Source: Selenomonadaceae bacterium (GTDB lineage Bacteria > Bacillota > Negativicutes > Selenomonadales > Selenomonadaceae). From it: 64,000 nt of DNA. A program made the translations under genes and the position numbers. The stretch lies in the NCBI GenBank assembly GCA_017412925.1, contig JAFPVP010000095.1, forward strand, positions 9,981 through 73,980. The letters are read 5' to 3'. Below are positions 53,083 to 62,232 of the stretch, one piece after another. The notes under the pieces are model-generated. The model had not been told where the DNA came from. It searched no databases and saw nothing but the letters and a program-made list of their open reading frames with translations. Each line of letters opens with the position of its first letter. The stretch's first letter is position 1.

Positions 53083-53597
53083 CACTTCGCCTCCCCTGTT
53101 TGCTTTTTAAATCTTGCTGATTCGGTTATCGGAATTCCAGCTTCCGTTGGAATGTAAATCACTTCGTTGCTCGATTCGCGCAGAGCTTCAATCCAAAGGT
53201 AATGAATGTAGGCTTCGTTGTTCTGCAGACTGTCGCCGATAATTTTATTTGCTTGGGCGACACCCTCGGCGCGAATAATTTCGGCGTTCGCAAGGGATTT
53301 TGCAGATTCTTCCTTGGCTCGCGCCTCTTGAATTGCTATTTGGCGATTTTGTTCGGCTCGTGCAAGTTCCGCCTCGCCTGCCTTGTTTTGTTGCCAGACA
53401 TAATATTGGGGCATCGCGAACAAAATTATCGTCGCCACGGCTGAAGTAAAAATCGCGCACGCCACGCCCGATTTGATAAAAAGTGTTGCGTTGCCCTTCT
53501 CGCGTTTGTTGGCTTCCTTCGCCGCGAAAAATGAAATCGCTAAAATCACGAAGCCGGCGACGAACAAGACCGCAGGTACAATAATCACAAAAATCAC
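53082..53597 (-). CDS. membrane-anchored SPFH/Band-7-like coiled-coil protein (weak call)
   Basis: 171 aa. Two N-terminal hydrophobic helices, then AGEAELARAEQNRQIAIQEARAKEESAKSLANAEIIRAEGVAQANKIIGDSL...YLWIEAL...VIYIPTE, which resembles the C-terminal part of prohibitin/HflC-type proteins. Overlaps both neighbours at start and stop. Confidence 0.4.
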   Translation of the reverse strand: MIFVIIVPAVLFVAGFVILAISFFAAKEANKREKGNATLFIKSGVACAIFTSAVATIILFAMPQYYVWQQNKAGEAELARAEQNRQIAIQEARAKEESAKSLANAEIIRAEGVAQANKIIGDSLQNNEAYIHYLWIEALRESSNEVIYIPTEAGIPITESARFKKQTGEAK

Positions 53598-54229
53598 CTG
53601 TCCAATCCATTATTCAGAATGTTTAAATCTTCGCTCCGATAAGCAAAATAATTTTCGTAGAAATAACTTGCGTCAAGCCCCTTCATAAAAATTTCGCGGT
53701 CGCTGATTTTTTCCGTCAAGGCGGCGGCAAGAAGTTTTTTTATTTCCGAATCGTCAATCGGACTGCGCTCCATTGCCTGAAGATATTTATTCTTGTCGAC
53801 CGCGCTCCAATCAATCACTTTGCCGAGGGAGCTTTTCAAAATATCGTCAAGCCAGAGCCGCATACTTCGTCCGTTGCCTTCGCGGAAAGGATGCGCAACG
53901 TTCATTTCAACATATTTCTCAACGATTTGCTCAAAAGTTTTCTGCGGCATTTTCTCGACACTCAAAATCGCCTCTCTAAGATAAAGCGCGGAAGCAAATC
54001 TGAAATTTCCCCTGCTTATATTTTCGTCGCGAATTTTCCCCGCGAAGTAATAAATTTCCTCGAACAATTTTTTATGAATCTGCGCGAGCTTTTCAAACGT
54101 CCCAGCTTGAAAATTTTTTAACTCGTCGCTTTTCCAAAGTTGAATTGCCTTTTGCTTGCTGATTTTTTCTTCCGCCCGCGCCAAGTCTGCAGGATTTTCA
54201 AGTCCTAATTTATTTTTCAACGCCCTCAC
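53594..54229 (-). CDS. fic: Fic-family AMPylase, class III-like (C-terminal inhibitory helix)
   Basis: Canonical Fic motif HPFREGNGRSMR. The C-terminal SYFYEN matches the (S/T)xxxE(G/N) auto-inhibition motif. Start GTG 54229 or TTG 54220. Confidence 0.85.
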   Translation of the reverse strand: MRALKNKLGLENPADLARAEEKISKQKAIQLWKSDELKNFQAGTFEKLAQIHKKLFEEIYYFAGKIRDENISRGNFRFASALYLREAILSVEKMPQKTFEQIVEKYVEMNVAHPFREGNGRSMRLWLDDILKSSLGKVIDWSAVDKNKYLQAMERSPIDDSEIKKLLAAALTEKISDREIFMKGLDASYFYENYFAYRSEDLNILNNGLDR

Positions 54230-54233
54230 CGCC

Positions 54234-54959
54234 TCAATTTATTATACGGAAAAATTCTTTGACGCGCGGGTCTTGAATTTTTTTGAAGTTTTCGGGCGTG
54301 TCGACGGCAATTAAATCGCCGTTGTAAACCATGGCAATTCTATCGGCAATGCGGCACGCGCTAACCATGTCATGAGTAACGACGACGCTCGTGACTTTCA
54401 AAGCGCGTTGCGTCTCGATAATCAGCTCGTCAATTCTGTTCGTGGTAATCGGGTCAAGCCCGCTGCTCGGCTCGTCATAAAAAATAATTTCCGGACCAAA
54501 GGCAATCGCCCGCGCCAAGGAAACTCTTTTCTTCATGCCGCCCGAAAGTTCGTTGGGCATACGATTTTCCACGCCCTCCAAGCCGACTTGATGAAGTTTT
54601 TCGCGGACGATGGATTGAATTTTTTCGCGGCTATAATCCGTGTGTTCGACAAGCCCGAAGGCAACGTTATCGCCGACCGTCATCGAATCGAACAGCGCGC
54701 TATATTGAAAGACCATGCCCATACGCAAACGGACGCGCATCATTTCCTTTTCGCTAAAGCGGGAAATTTCGTCGTCGCCAATCCAAATCTCTCCGCTCGT
54801 CGGCTGAATCAAACCAATCATCAAGCGGAGCAATGTCGACTTGCCGCTGCCCGAACCGCCGATAATCGCGAGCGTCTCCCCGTCGGCTATTTCCAAATTT
54901 ATATTATTCAGCGCAACTTTCTTGCCAAATTTTTTTGTGACATTAACAATCCTAATCAT
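54234..54959 (-). CDS. mlaF: ABC transporter ATP-binding protein MlaF-type
   Basis: 241 aa. Walker A GGSGSGKST, signature LSGGMKKRV, Walker B IIFYDEPSSGLD. Sits next to the MlaE permease. Confidence 0.88.
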   Translation of the reverse strand: MIRIVNVTKKFGKKVALNNINLEIADGETLAIIGGSGSGKSTLLRLMIGLIQPTSGEIWIGDDEISRFSEKEMMRVRLRMGMVFQYSALFDSMTVGDNVAFGLVEHTDYSREKIQSIVREKLHQVGLEGVENRMPNELSGGMKKRVSLARAIAFGPEIIFYDEPSSGLDPITTNRIDELIIETQRALKVTSVVVTHDMVSACRIADRIAMVYNGDLIAVDTPENFKKIQDPRVKEFFRIIN

Positions 54960-54962
54960 CGT

Positions 54963-55736
54963 TCACCTATAGATAATAAACGTCAAAAGTGCGTTCAAAA
55001 TAAAAATTACGATAATCGACGTGACGACGGTTTTAGTTGTGGCTATGCCAACACCTTCCGCGCCGTCGGGGCAATTCAAGCCGTAGTAGCAACCGAGCAC
55101 CGCGATAACATTGCCGAAGAAAATCGCTTTAATCATGCCGCCCGTCAAGTCGTAAATGTCCGCGAACATCTTAATCGAGTTTGTAAAAAGATAGGAACTG
55201 ATGCCCGAATATTGCGTGGCGACGAGCCAGCCGCCCGCGACGCCGATAATATCGCCAAAGACCGTAAGAATCGGGACGACTATCATGCAGGCTATCATGC
55301 GCGGAACGATTAGATAATTGACGGGGCTGACTGCCATGACTTTGAGCGCGTCAATTTGTTCGGTGACTTTCATTGTACTAATCTCCGCTGTTATCGCCGC
55401 GCCAACACGCCCCGCACAAACTACGCCGACTAAAACCGGTCCCAGCTCTCTGCCGATTGCGATTGCAATTACTCCGCCGACCGTCGACTGTGCGCCGAAA
55501 CGAATAAATTCGTGTGCCGTCTGCAACGTGAAAACCACGCCCGTAAATAAAAGCGTCAGCGAAACTATAGTCAGCGAGTCAACGCCCAAATGCGACATCT
55601 GCGCGAGGATAAGTTTGATTCGCGGCTTGTGCAGAACTTGTTTCATCGTGTCGACGTAGAGTAAAATTATTGTGCCGAATTCTTCAAAGCGTCGTATCAT
55701 GAACGCGCCGATAAGCTCAAAAAATTTCGTCAGCAA
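54963..55736 (-). CDS. mlaE: ABC transporter permease MlaE-type
   Basis: 257 aa. Conserved MlaE block GRELGPVLVGVVCAGRVGAAITAEISTMKVTEQIDALKVMAVSPVNYLIVPR. TTG start 8 nt after GGAGG. Confidence 0.88.
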   Translation of the reverse strand: MLTKFFELIGAFMIRRFEEFGTIILLYVDTMKQVLHKPRIKLILAQMSHLGVDSLTIVSLTLLFTGVVFTLQTAHEFIRFGAQSTVGGVIAIAIGRELGPVLVGVVCAGRVGAAITAEISTMKVTEQIDALKVMAVSPVNYLIVPRMIACMIVVPILTVFGDIIGVAGGWLVATQYSGISSYLFTNSIKMFADIYDLTGGMIKAIFFGNVIAVLGCYYGLNCPDGAEGVGIATTKTVVTSIIVIFILNALLTFIIYR

Positions 55737-55760
55737 TGCGCCGCCTCCTTTCGGGCAAGT

Positions 55761-55769
55761 ATTATATCA
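55761..55769 (-). promoter_or_regulatory. putative extended -10 (TGATATAAT) promoter element of the mla operon
   Basis: The minus strand reads TTTTATGATATAATACTTGCC about 25 nt upstream of the mlaE start. Confidence 0.35.
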
Positions 55770-55912
55770 TAAAATCTGTTTGTACATGGATAGCGGCTGA
55801 AAAAATTTTCTTGAAAAAATTTTGCTGAACCACTTGATAATTATTATCATGCGTGCTATACTTCGTGTAGGCTTTCGTTAAAGCTCTCCTAAAATATAAT
55901 ACACATACGCTT

Positions 55913-55950
55913 AAAAAAAAGCTCCGTGCTGCTCACGCGGAGCTTTTTTT
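55913..55950. terminator. strong bidirectional intrinsic terminator-like hairpin
   Basis: A8 run, stem GCTCCGTG (55921-55928), 7-nt loop, CGCGGAGC (55936-55943), then T7. Confidence 0.7.
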
Positions 55951-55965
55951 GACGGCATAATCACA

Positions 55966-56697
55966 ATGAAAAATTTTTGGCAGGATATTTTCCGCCGCAA
56001 CAAGAATATCAAGGTTAACTTTTTTGGGGAGGTTGAAAATTTGATTCACATAGTGATTGATTTGGAGATGAACCCCGTCAGTAAAACTTTTAAGGACGTG
56101 CGCAGGTTCACCACCGACGAAGTTATAGAAATCGGCGCGGTTAAGCTCGACGACAACTACGACATGATCGACGAGTTTCAATGCTACGTCAAGCCCGAAT
56201 ACGGCGAGATAACCAAACACATAACCAAGTTGACGGGCATAACTCAAGAGACCGTCGCCGATAAACCGACTTTTGCCGAAGCGTTTCAAAATTTTATGGA
56301 TTGGATAGGGACGTGGGACATGACGCTTTACTCGTGGAGCAATTCGGATATAAATCAGCTGCGCGACGAATGCCGCTTTAAAATGCCCAAATATGAAATT
56401 GGTAAGTTGGAGCGGAAGTGGCGCGATTTGCAGAAGGCGTTCGACGACCGAATTGGTCTGCATTCCAGCTTGGCACTCAAGCACGCAATCGGCGCGATGA
56501 ATCGTGACTTCGAGGGCACCGAACACACCGCCCTTGCCGACGCCGCCAACACCGCCGCAATTCTCGCGCTGATGCAGGACGACGAAGAATTTTTCCGCGT
56601 AATGCAACCGGTTATCGACTTGCTAAAGCCCAAGGAACTTTCGCAATCAATCGGCGACCTTTTCCCCGAACTTAGCAAACTGAAATTTGGTGATTGA
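55966..56697 (+). CDS. DEDDh 3'-5' exonuclease (KapD/ERI-1-like)
   Basis: ExoI block VIDLEMNP, the middle blocks, and the ExoIII block HTALADAANTA. The true start may be the in-frame TTG at 56041, 8 nt after GGGGAGG; ATG 55966 has no RBS and sits 15 nt after a terminator. Confidence 0.8.
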   Translation: MKNFWQDIFRRNKNIKVNFFGEVENLIHIVIDLEMNPVSKTFKDVRRFTTDEVIEIGAVKLDDNYDMIDEFQCYVKPEYGEITKHITKLTGITQETVADKPTFAEAFQNFMDWIGTWDMTLYSWSNSDINQLRDECRFKMPKYEIGKLERKWRDLQKAFDDRIGLHSSLALKHAIGAMNRDFEGTEHTALADAANTAAILALMQDDEEFFRVMQPVIDLLKPKELSQSIGDLFPELSKLKFGD

Positions 56698-56698
56698 C

Positions 56699-57550
56699 AT
56701 GAAGACTTTAGGAATCCTCGGACCGCGCGGCACCCATTCGGAGGAGGCGGCTCTTTGGCTGAAAAAATTTTCGCGGGAAGAATTTAAACTGGAAATCTGC
56801 GCGGACATCTTCGACATATTGACGGCGGTCAAGGAGCGCACATTGGACGCGGGATTGGTGCCCGTGGAAAATTCGCTGGAAGGCTCGATAAACATCACGC
56901 TCGACACGCTGGCAAGGAGCGACACGTTGACAGTCGGGCGCGAACTCGTCTGGCCAGTGAAAAATTTTTTGATGACAAAGCCGCTCGTCGACGTTCAAAC
57001 GGTAAAAAAAATTTTCTCGCACACTCAACCGCTCGCGCAGTGCAGAAAATTTCTCCGTAAAAATTTCCCCGACGCCGAAATTATTTCCACGAACTCGACT
57101 GCCCGCGCCGCTGAAATTGTTGCCGCCTCTGACGAAAATTTTGCCGCCATCTGCACCGAACGCGCCGGCAAATTAAACGGACTGGCAATCGCCGCAAAAA
57201 ATATTCAGGACAACCCGAACAACTCCACGCGCTTTTTTGAAATTCGCTACCGCCCGCGCGCCGCCGCCCCGATTGAAACTTTCGACGGCGACAAAGTTTT
57301 AATCATCTGCCAGATTGACGGCTCCCGCGCAGGTTCCCTTTGCGACGTGCTCAATGAATTTGCCAAGCGCGGCGTGAACATGACCCGAATCGAATCGCGA
57401 CCCGCCCGGACAATTTTGGGCGCGTACATTTTTTTCTTCGAGCTGGAAACTGACGCCGGCGACGACGCGCTAAAAGAATCAATCCGCGCCGTTTACGACA
57501 AAAGCATTTGGCTGAAAAATCTGGGCGTCTTCCCCGTCATATACGCTTAA
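56699..57550 (+). CDS. pheA: prephenate dehydratase
   Basis: 283 aa. PDT domain (LGILGPRGTHSEEAA...VPVENSLEGSI...) and C-terminal ACT domain with an ESRP motif (MTRIESRPAR). ATG 56699 comes just after the exonuclease stop. Confidence 0.9.
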   Translation: MKTLGILGPRGTHSEEAALWLKKFSREEFKLEICADIFDILTAVKERTLDAGLVPVENSLEGSINITLDTLARSDTLTVGRELVWPVKNFLMTKPLVDVQTVKKIFSHTQPLAQCRKFLRKNFPDAEIISTNSTARAAEIVAASDENFAAICTERAGKLNGLAIAAKNIQDNPNNSTRFFEIRYRPRAAAPIETFDGDKVLIICQIDGSRAGSLCDVLNEFAKRGVNMTRIESRPARTILGAYIFFFELETDAGDDALKESIRAVYDKSIWLKNLGVFPVIYA

Positions 57551-57554
57551 AGAA

Positions 57555-57590
57555 AATCCCTCCCGACTCCGAGAGGGATTCTTCTTTTTT
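57555..57590 (+). terminator. intrinsic terminator of the exonuclease-pheA unit
   Basis: Stem AATCCCTC (57555-57562) / GAGGGATT (57573-57580), followed by a T-rich run. Confidence 0.7.
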
Positions 57591-57653
57591 ACTGAAAAAA
57601 TTTTGAAGACAGCGCGGCGAATTCATGATAAAATAATTTAAACGATAGCGGAG

Positions 57654-59048
57654 GTGAAAATTTTTTTGGAAAATAAAACTAAGGCGACGGCGACATTGGC
57701 GACGAGCGCGCTCTTTGCAATCTCGACACTGCCGGAAATTTCGCCGCTGAAATTCATATTGACGGGCGCGACGGGCAATTTTATTCTCGGTTTGCTCAAT
57801 CACGGATTTTTGGCGGCGACAATCGGCGGCATGGCTGACTGGTTCGGCGTGACGGCTCTTTTCCGCAAACCGCTGGGCATTGGCTTCCACACGGAAATTT
57901 TGCGGCGCAATCGCGGGCGAATCATGGACGCAATCGTCGAATTCGTCGGCACCGATTTGCTTAACACGAAAAATATTATGGAGACCGTCAAGGACGAAAA
58001 CACCGCGCAACTTTTAATCGACTACTTTGAACAAAACAAGGGGCGCGCCAAAACTAAAACGCTCGTGCGCGAAGTTTTGACGGAACTTTTTAACGAACTC
58101 GACACGCAAAAAATTTCAAAGAACGTCGCGCCGATTCTGGAGAACGAAATTAAAAATCTCGACGCGGAAAAACTTTTCAACGCGGTGATTAAAGTCGCAA
58201 CTAACGACAAGCACAGCCGCAAAATTTTAATCACGCTCTTCGACACGGGGCACAAAATTTTACGCAGTCCGCACATGCAGGAAGAAATTTTAAAAAAGAT
58301 AACCGAACTGCGCGAGGCTTACGAGGGCGATTCGGCGGGGCGTGCGCTGGTGCTGTCGACCATGGACTTGACCGACGAAAAAATTTTGAACATCTTAAAC
58401 GAAACCGTCGAGAAAAAAATCAGCGACGCGGAAAAAATTTTGAACACGACGGGCGCACTTGTTGACAGCGAGACGGCTCAAGCGGCTGACGAGATGATTA
58501 AAATGTTCGGCGGCTTCGTGAATTCGGCGGCGGGCAATCTTAACACTAAAAAATTTCTCAACGATTTGCTGAAACTTTTCCTGCAGAAATTCGACACGGA
58601 GGGTTTCGTCAAGACGTGGCTCGACGTTAATGTTAAGGGCGAGACCGATCCGAAAATTTTGGAGAAATTGCGGCGGCAACAGGCGGCTAATCCGAACACT
58701 CCGCGCGTCGTCGAAGTCGAACGCAAGCCCGTCATTTGGAAGGAGGCAGTAAATTATCTCGTCGACGCAAAGATTGACGAATTCATTAAGGATACCGAAC
58801 TTCAGCGGAAATTCGACAAGCTGATAAAAGATTTTATAGAAAACCTGCTGAACGAATACCGCGGGCAAATTCCGATGATGATTCGCGAACGGCTCGACAA
58901 GTTCAGCGACGACGAACTGACGGAATTTGTCGAAGGGCACGTGGCGGACGATTTGCAGATGATTCGTATCAACGGCTCGATTTGCGGCGGGCTGGTCGGC
59001 ATGTTTTTATTTATCGTCTCGCAGATTATTGAACATTTTGCGCATTAA
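57654..59048 (+). CDS. DUF445-family membrane protein
   Basis: 464 aa. GGMADWFGVTALFRKPLG near the N-terminus and ...IRINGSICGGLVGMFLFIVSQ at the C-terminus are DUF445 hallmarks. The start is uncertain: GTG 57654 overlaps the RBS, and TTG 57666 is plausible. Confidence 0.75.
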   Translation: MKIFLENKTKATATLATSALFAISTLPEISPLKFILTGATGNFILGLLNHGFLAATIGGMADWFGVTALFRKPLGIGFHTEILRRNRGRIMDAIVEFVGTDLLNTKNIMETVKDENTAQLLIDYFEQNKGRAKTKTLVREVLTELFNELDTQKISKNVAPILENEIKNLDAEKLFNAVIKVATNDKHSRKILITLFDTGHKILRSPHMQEEILKKITELREAYEGDSAGRALVLSTMDLTDEKILNILNETVEKKISDAEKILNTTGALVDSETAQAADEMIKMFGGFVNSAAGNLNTKKFLNDLLKLFLQKFDTEGFVKTWLDVNVKGETDPKILEKLRRQQAANPNTPRVVEVERKPVIWKEAVNYLVDAKIDEFIKDTELQRKFDKLIKDFIENLLNEYRGQIPMMIRERLDKFSDDELTEFVEGHVADDLQMIRINGSICGGLVGMFLFIVSQIIEHFAH

Positions 59049-59070
59049 TTTTTTTGAGGAGTGAATTACT

Positions 59071-60561
59071 TTGGCACAAGGATTTTCATTTCCGATTTCA
59101 CGGCGGGATTTATTGAAGCTTGCGGGCGTGACGGCGGCGGGCGTCGTCTTGAGCGGCTCAGTCGAAATTAATCGCGCGGAGGCGGCTGAAAAAATTTCTG
59201 GCGCGGCAATTAAATACGGCGACAAAAAAATTCCCGTGCTGTGTTCGGTCGACGTTTGCATTTGCGGCGGTGGACCTGCAGGCACGGCGGCGGCTGTCAA
59301 CGCTGCCAAAAACGGCGCGGAAACTCTTTTAATCGAACGCGGCATTGCGCTCGGCGGGCTGGGAGTTTTGGGTTGCGTCTATCCCTTCATGGACACGCAC
59401 GCGCCAAATTCCGACACGCCCTATCTTGTCGAACTCAAAAATCGTCTTCGCGCAAAGGGTATTGAACCTTTCGACGGCGTCACTCAACAGACGTGGCACA
59501 ATCCAGAAATTTTAGCGGAGATTCATGACGAAATGTGCGCGGAGGCGGGCGTCAACATTTTATATCAAGCGGTCGTCGTCGATTCGATTTCGAGCGGCGG
59601 AAAAATTTCTGCGGTGATTGTTCAAACTATCGCGGGGCTGACGGCGGTCAAGGCGAAAATTTTCATTGACGCGACGGGCGACGCTTATCTTGCACGTAAT
59701 GCCGGCGTCGATTATGAGCGCGGCTACGAGAAGACCGGCAACAATCAGCCGCTAAGTTTCCGCTTTGAAATGGGCGGCATCGACACGGAGAAACTTTATA
59801 AATACGTGGCGATTGAACTGCAGGAGGATTGGTGCAAGTCGAAGTTGCCGTACTTTGAAATTGCCGAAGCCATGCACCGCAAGCAACGCTACAAGCTGGA
59901 AGATTTCATGGCGCGCGGCGTAGAGAGCGGCGAAATTACTCAAGACGAGGCGGAATACATGCAGGGCTACACGATTATTGGCAAGAACGGCGTGATGAGT
60001 ATGAACTGCCCCGAAATTCCTGTGAAATTTTCTGCGACCGACCCCGTCAGCTACAGCAAGGCGGTTTCCTTCGGGCGCAAGATGATGCGCAACATTGCCC
60101 GCTATCTGATTAAACATTTGCCCGGCTTTGAGAACGCTTTTATCAGCCGCGAAGCCGTCATGCTCGGTGCCCGCGAATCGTGGCGCATTAAAGGCAAATA
60201 TTACATGGTCGAGGACGACTATCACAACCAAAGCCGTTTCCCCGACGCGGTTTGTCGCACGGCTTGGTTTATCGACGCGCACGGCGAAAAAGTTTCCGAG
60301 AAACTTCCTGCGGGCGGCTTTTATGAAATTCCCTACCGAGCACTCGTCACGGATAAAATTTCCAACTTAATCGTCGCGGGCAGGTGTATCAGCGCGAGTT
60401 TCATTTTGCAGGCGTCGATGAGAATTCAGCCGACGTGCGCCAGTATCGGCGAGGCGGCGGGCATTGCTGCGGCTTACGGTCTGGAAAACGGAATTGCTGC
60501 CAACGCGATTGATTGGGCGAAAATTCCCGCGCACATTCGCAGTTACGTCAGCAAAGGGTGA
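59071..60561 (+). CDS. Tat-exported FAD-dependent oxidoreductase
   Basis: Twin-arginine signal (ISRRDLLKLAGVTAAGVVL), dinucleotide-binding motif VCICGGGPAGTAAAVNAAKNG, then a long FAD_oxidored-type body. TTG start 8 nt after GAGGAG. Confidence 0.8.
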   Translation: MAQGFSFPISRRDLLKLAGVTAAGVVLSGSVEINRAEAAEKISGAAIKYGDKKIPVLCSVDVCICGGGPAGTAAAVNAAKNGAETLLIERGIALGGLGVLGCVYPFMDTHAPNSDTPYLVELKNRLRAKGIEPFDGVTQQTWHNPEILAEIHDEMCAEAGVNILYQAVVVDSISSGGKISAVIVQTIAGLTAVKAKIFIDATGDAYLARNAGVDYERGYEKTGNNQPLSFRFEMGGIDTEKLYKYVAIELQEDWCKSKLPYFEIAEAMHRKQRYKLEDFMARGVESGEITQDEAEYMQGYTIIGKNGVMSMNCPEIPVKFSATDPVSYSKAVSFGRKMMRNIARYLIKHLPGFENAFISREAVMLGARESWRIKGKYYMVEDDYHNQSRFPDAVCRTAWFIDAHGEKVSEKLPAGGFYEIPYRALVTDKISNLIVAGRCISASFILQASMRIQPTCASIGEAAGIAAAYGLENGIAANAIDWAKIPAHIRSYVSKG

Positions 60562-60567
60562 TTTATA

Positions 60568-62055
60568 ATGGAGAAAAATTTTCTTATTCCGATTAGTCGC
60601 CGCGAACTTTTGAAGCTTGCGGGCGTGACGGCGGTCGGAGTTGCTCTTGGCTCTGATAAAAATGTCGAGGCGGCGGAAACTCCTAAACCGCAAAATTTTA
60701 GTTTTAACGGCGCACAAATTCCCACTTTGCTCCGCGCTGATGTCTGCGTATGTGGCGGCGGTCCTTCGGGCACGGCGGCGGCTGTCACTGCGGCTAGGAA
60801 CGGTTTAAAAGTCGTTCTTATCGAGCAGGGAACTGTTTTGGGCGGTCTGCAAACGCAAGGGCTGGTTTATCCCGCCATGCCCACAAAAGTTTTGAACAGC
60901 GACACGCCCTACATAACCGACTTGAACAAAAGATTCGCCATGCACGGCATAAACGTCAGCTTCACCGACGACGCGAAATATAAAAACGGCGGCGACGCTC
61001 GCGAATATACGCCCGAACTTTTAGCTTTTATTTACGACGAACTTTGCGCCGATTACAACGTCGAAGTTCTCTACAACGCGACTTTAATTGGAGCAAACAC
61101 TTCAGGCGGGAAAATTTCTGCGGCGATTGTTCACACGGTCGAGGGTCTTAGCAAAATCGAAGCAAATATTTTTATTGACGCGACGGGCGACGCTACGCTC
61201 TCCAGATTTGCGGGCGTCAAAGTCGAGCGCGGCTCCGAACACACGGGACGCAATCAGAAGATGAGTTTCCGCTTTGAAATGGGCGGCGTCGAGGAGATGA
61301 AAGTCTACAAATTTTTTGTCAAGAAACTCAAAGACGGCTGGTGCGAAACCAAACCGCCCGAATTTGAATTCGCTAAGACGACGCACACCGAAAAATTTTA
61401 TTACGAGGGAATTCAGCGCGGCGAAGTCACTAAAGACGACGTTGCGTATATTCAAGCGTTCACAATTCTTGGCAAGCCTGGCGTCATGTCGATGAATTGC
61501 CCCGAAGTTTCGCCGTATCTTTACAGTTCGACAAGCGCATTGGACAGGAGCAAAGCCATTCGTCAAGGGCGCATTATGATTCGGCGGCTGGCGCATTTCT
61601 TCCGGAAAAATATTCCAGGCTTCAAGAACGCTTACATAAGCCGCGAGGCGTCAATGCTGGGCGTGCGCGAATCGTGGCGCATTCACGGAAAATATTACAT
61701 GACCGGCGAAGATTATTTCAACGCGCAAAAATTCCCCGACGCCGTCTGTCGCTCTGCTTATCCGATTGATATTCATGACGAAGTGTTGAATCTCGAAAAA
61801 AAGCTTGCCAAGGGCGAATTCTACGAAATTCCCTACCGCGCACTTATCACGAACGAAATTTCAAACTTGATTGTCGTCGGCAGGTGTATCAGCGCGAATT
61901 TTGCCGCACAAGCCGCCGTGCGAATTCAGCCGTCGTGCATGAGCATGGGCGAGGCGGCGGGCATTGCTGCGGCTTACGGCTTGAAAAACGGAATTGCTGC
62001 CAACGCGGTTGATTGGATGAGCATTCCGAATCGCAGTTATGTAAGCGCAGGATAA
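60568..62055 (+). CDS. Tat-exported FAD-dependent oxidoreductase, tandem paralog
   Basis: ISRRELLKLAGVTAVGVAL and VCVCGGGPSGTAAAVTAARNG. Collinear similarity to 59071-60561 along the full length. Confidence 0.8.
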   Translation: MEKNFLIPISRRELLKLAGVTAVGVALGSDKNVEAAETPKPQNFSFNGAQIPTLLRADVCVCGGGPSGTAAAVTAARNGLKVVLIEQGTVLGGLQTQGLVYPAMPTKVLNSDTPYITDLNKRFAMHGINVSFTDDAKYKNGGDAREYTPELLAFIYDELCADYNVEVLYNATLIGANTSGGKISAAIVHTVEGLSKIEANIFIDATGDATLSRFAGVKVERGSEHTGRNQKMSFRFEMGGVEEMKVYKFFVKKLKDGWCETKPPEFEFAKTTHTEKFYYEGIQRGEVTKDDVAYIQAFTILGKPGVMSMNCPEVSPYLYSSTSALDRSKAIRQGRIMIRRLAHFFRKNIPGFKNAYISREASMLGVRESWRIHGKYYMTGEDYFNAQKFPDAVCRSAYPIDIHDEVLNLEKKLAKGEFYEIPYRALITNEISNLIVVGRCISANFAAQAAVRIQPSCMSMGEAAGIAAAYGLKNGIAANAVDWMSIPNRSYVSAG

Positions 62056-62067
62056 ATTCCTAAAGAG

Positions 62068-62232
62068 GTGAAAATTTTTGAACAGGTGGAACACGGCGGA
62101 TAGCCGCTTTAAAAGCGGCGGAACAGTTAGCGCGATTAATCGCTCGAAACTTTTAGCTTGTCGCCGCGATTGGAATTATCATTGCTCTTGAAAGGTCGTG
62201 AAATTTTTTGAATAGGTGGAACACGGCGGATA
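62068..62232. repeat. 35-nt direct repeat duplicating the RBS/start of the second DUF445 gene, 130 bp apart
   Basis: GTGAAAATTTTTGAACAGGTGGAACACGGCGGATA (62068-62102) versus GTGAAATTTTTTGAATAGGTGGAACACGGCGGATA (62198-62232). The intervening segment contains the palindrome GCCGCTTTAAAAGCGGC (62103-62119). Confidence 0.8.

Noticed and set aside
54372-55313. 313-aa plus-strand ORF overlapping mlaF/mlaE
   Set aside because: It is antisense to two ABC transporter genes with canonical Walker and MlaE motifs. It has no RBS and a low-complexity, Arg/Asn-rich composition.
55863-55965. T-box or Phe-rich leader-peptide attenuator for pheA
   Set aside because: The leader is about 90 nt, whereas T-boxes exceed 200 nt. 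The only small ORF (MRAILRVGFR) overlaps the -10 and has a single Phe. The region is kept only as a generic attenuator/sRNA candidate.
55933-56607. 224-aa minus-strand ORF opposite the exonuclease gene
   Set aside because: The plus-strand frame carries DEDDh exonuclease motifs. The minus-strand ORF has none and would start inside pheA-proximal sequence.
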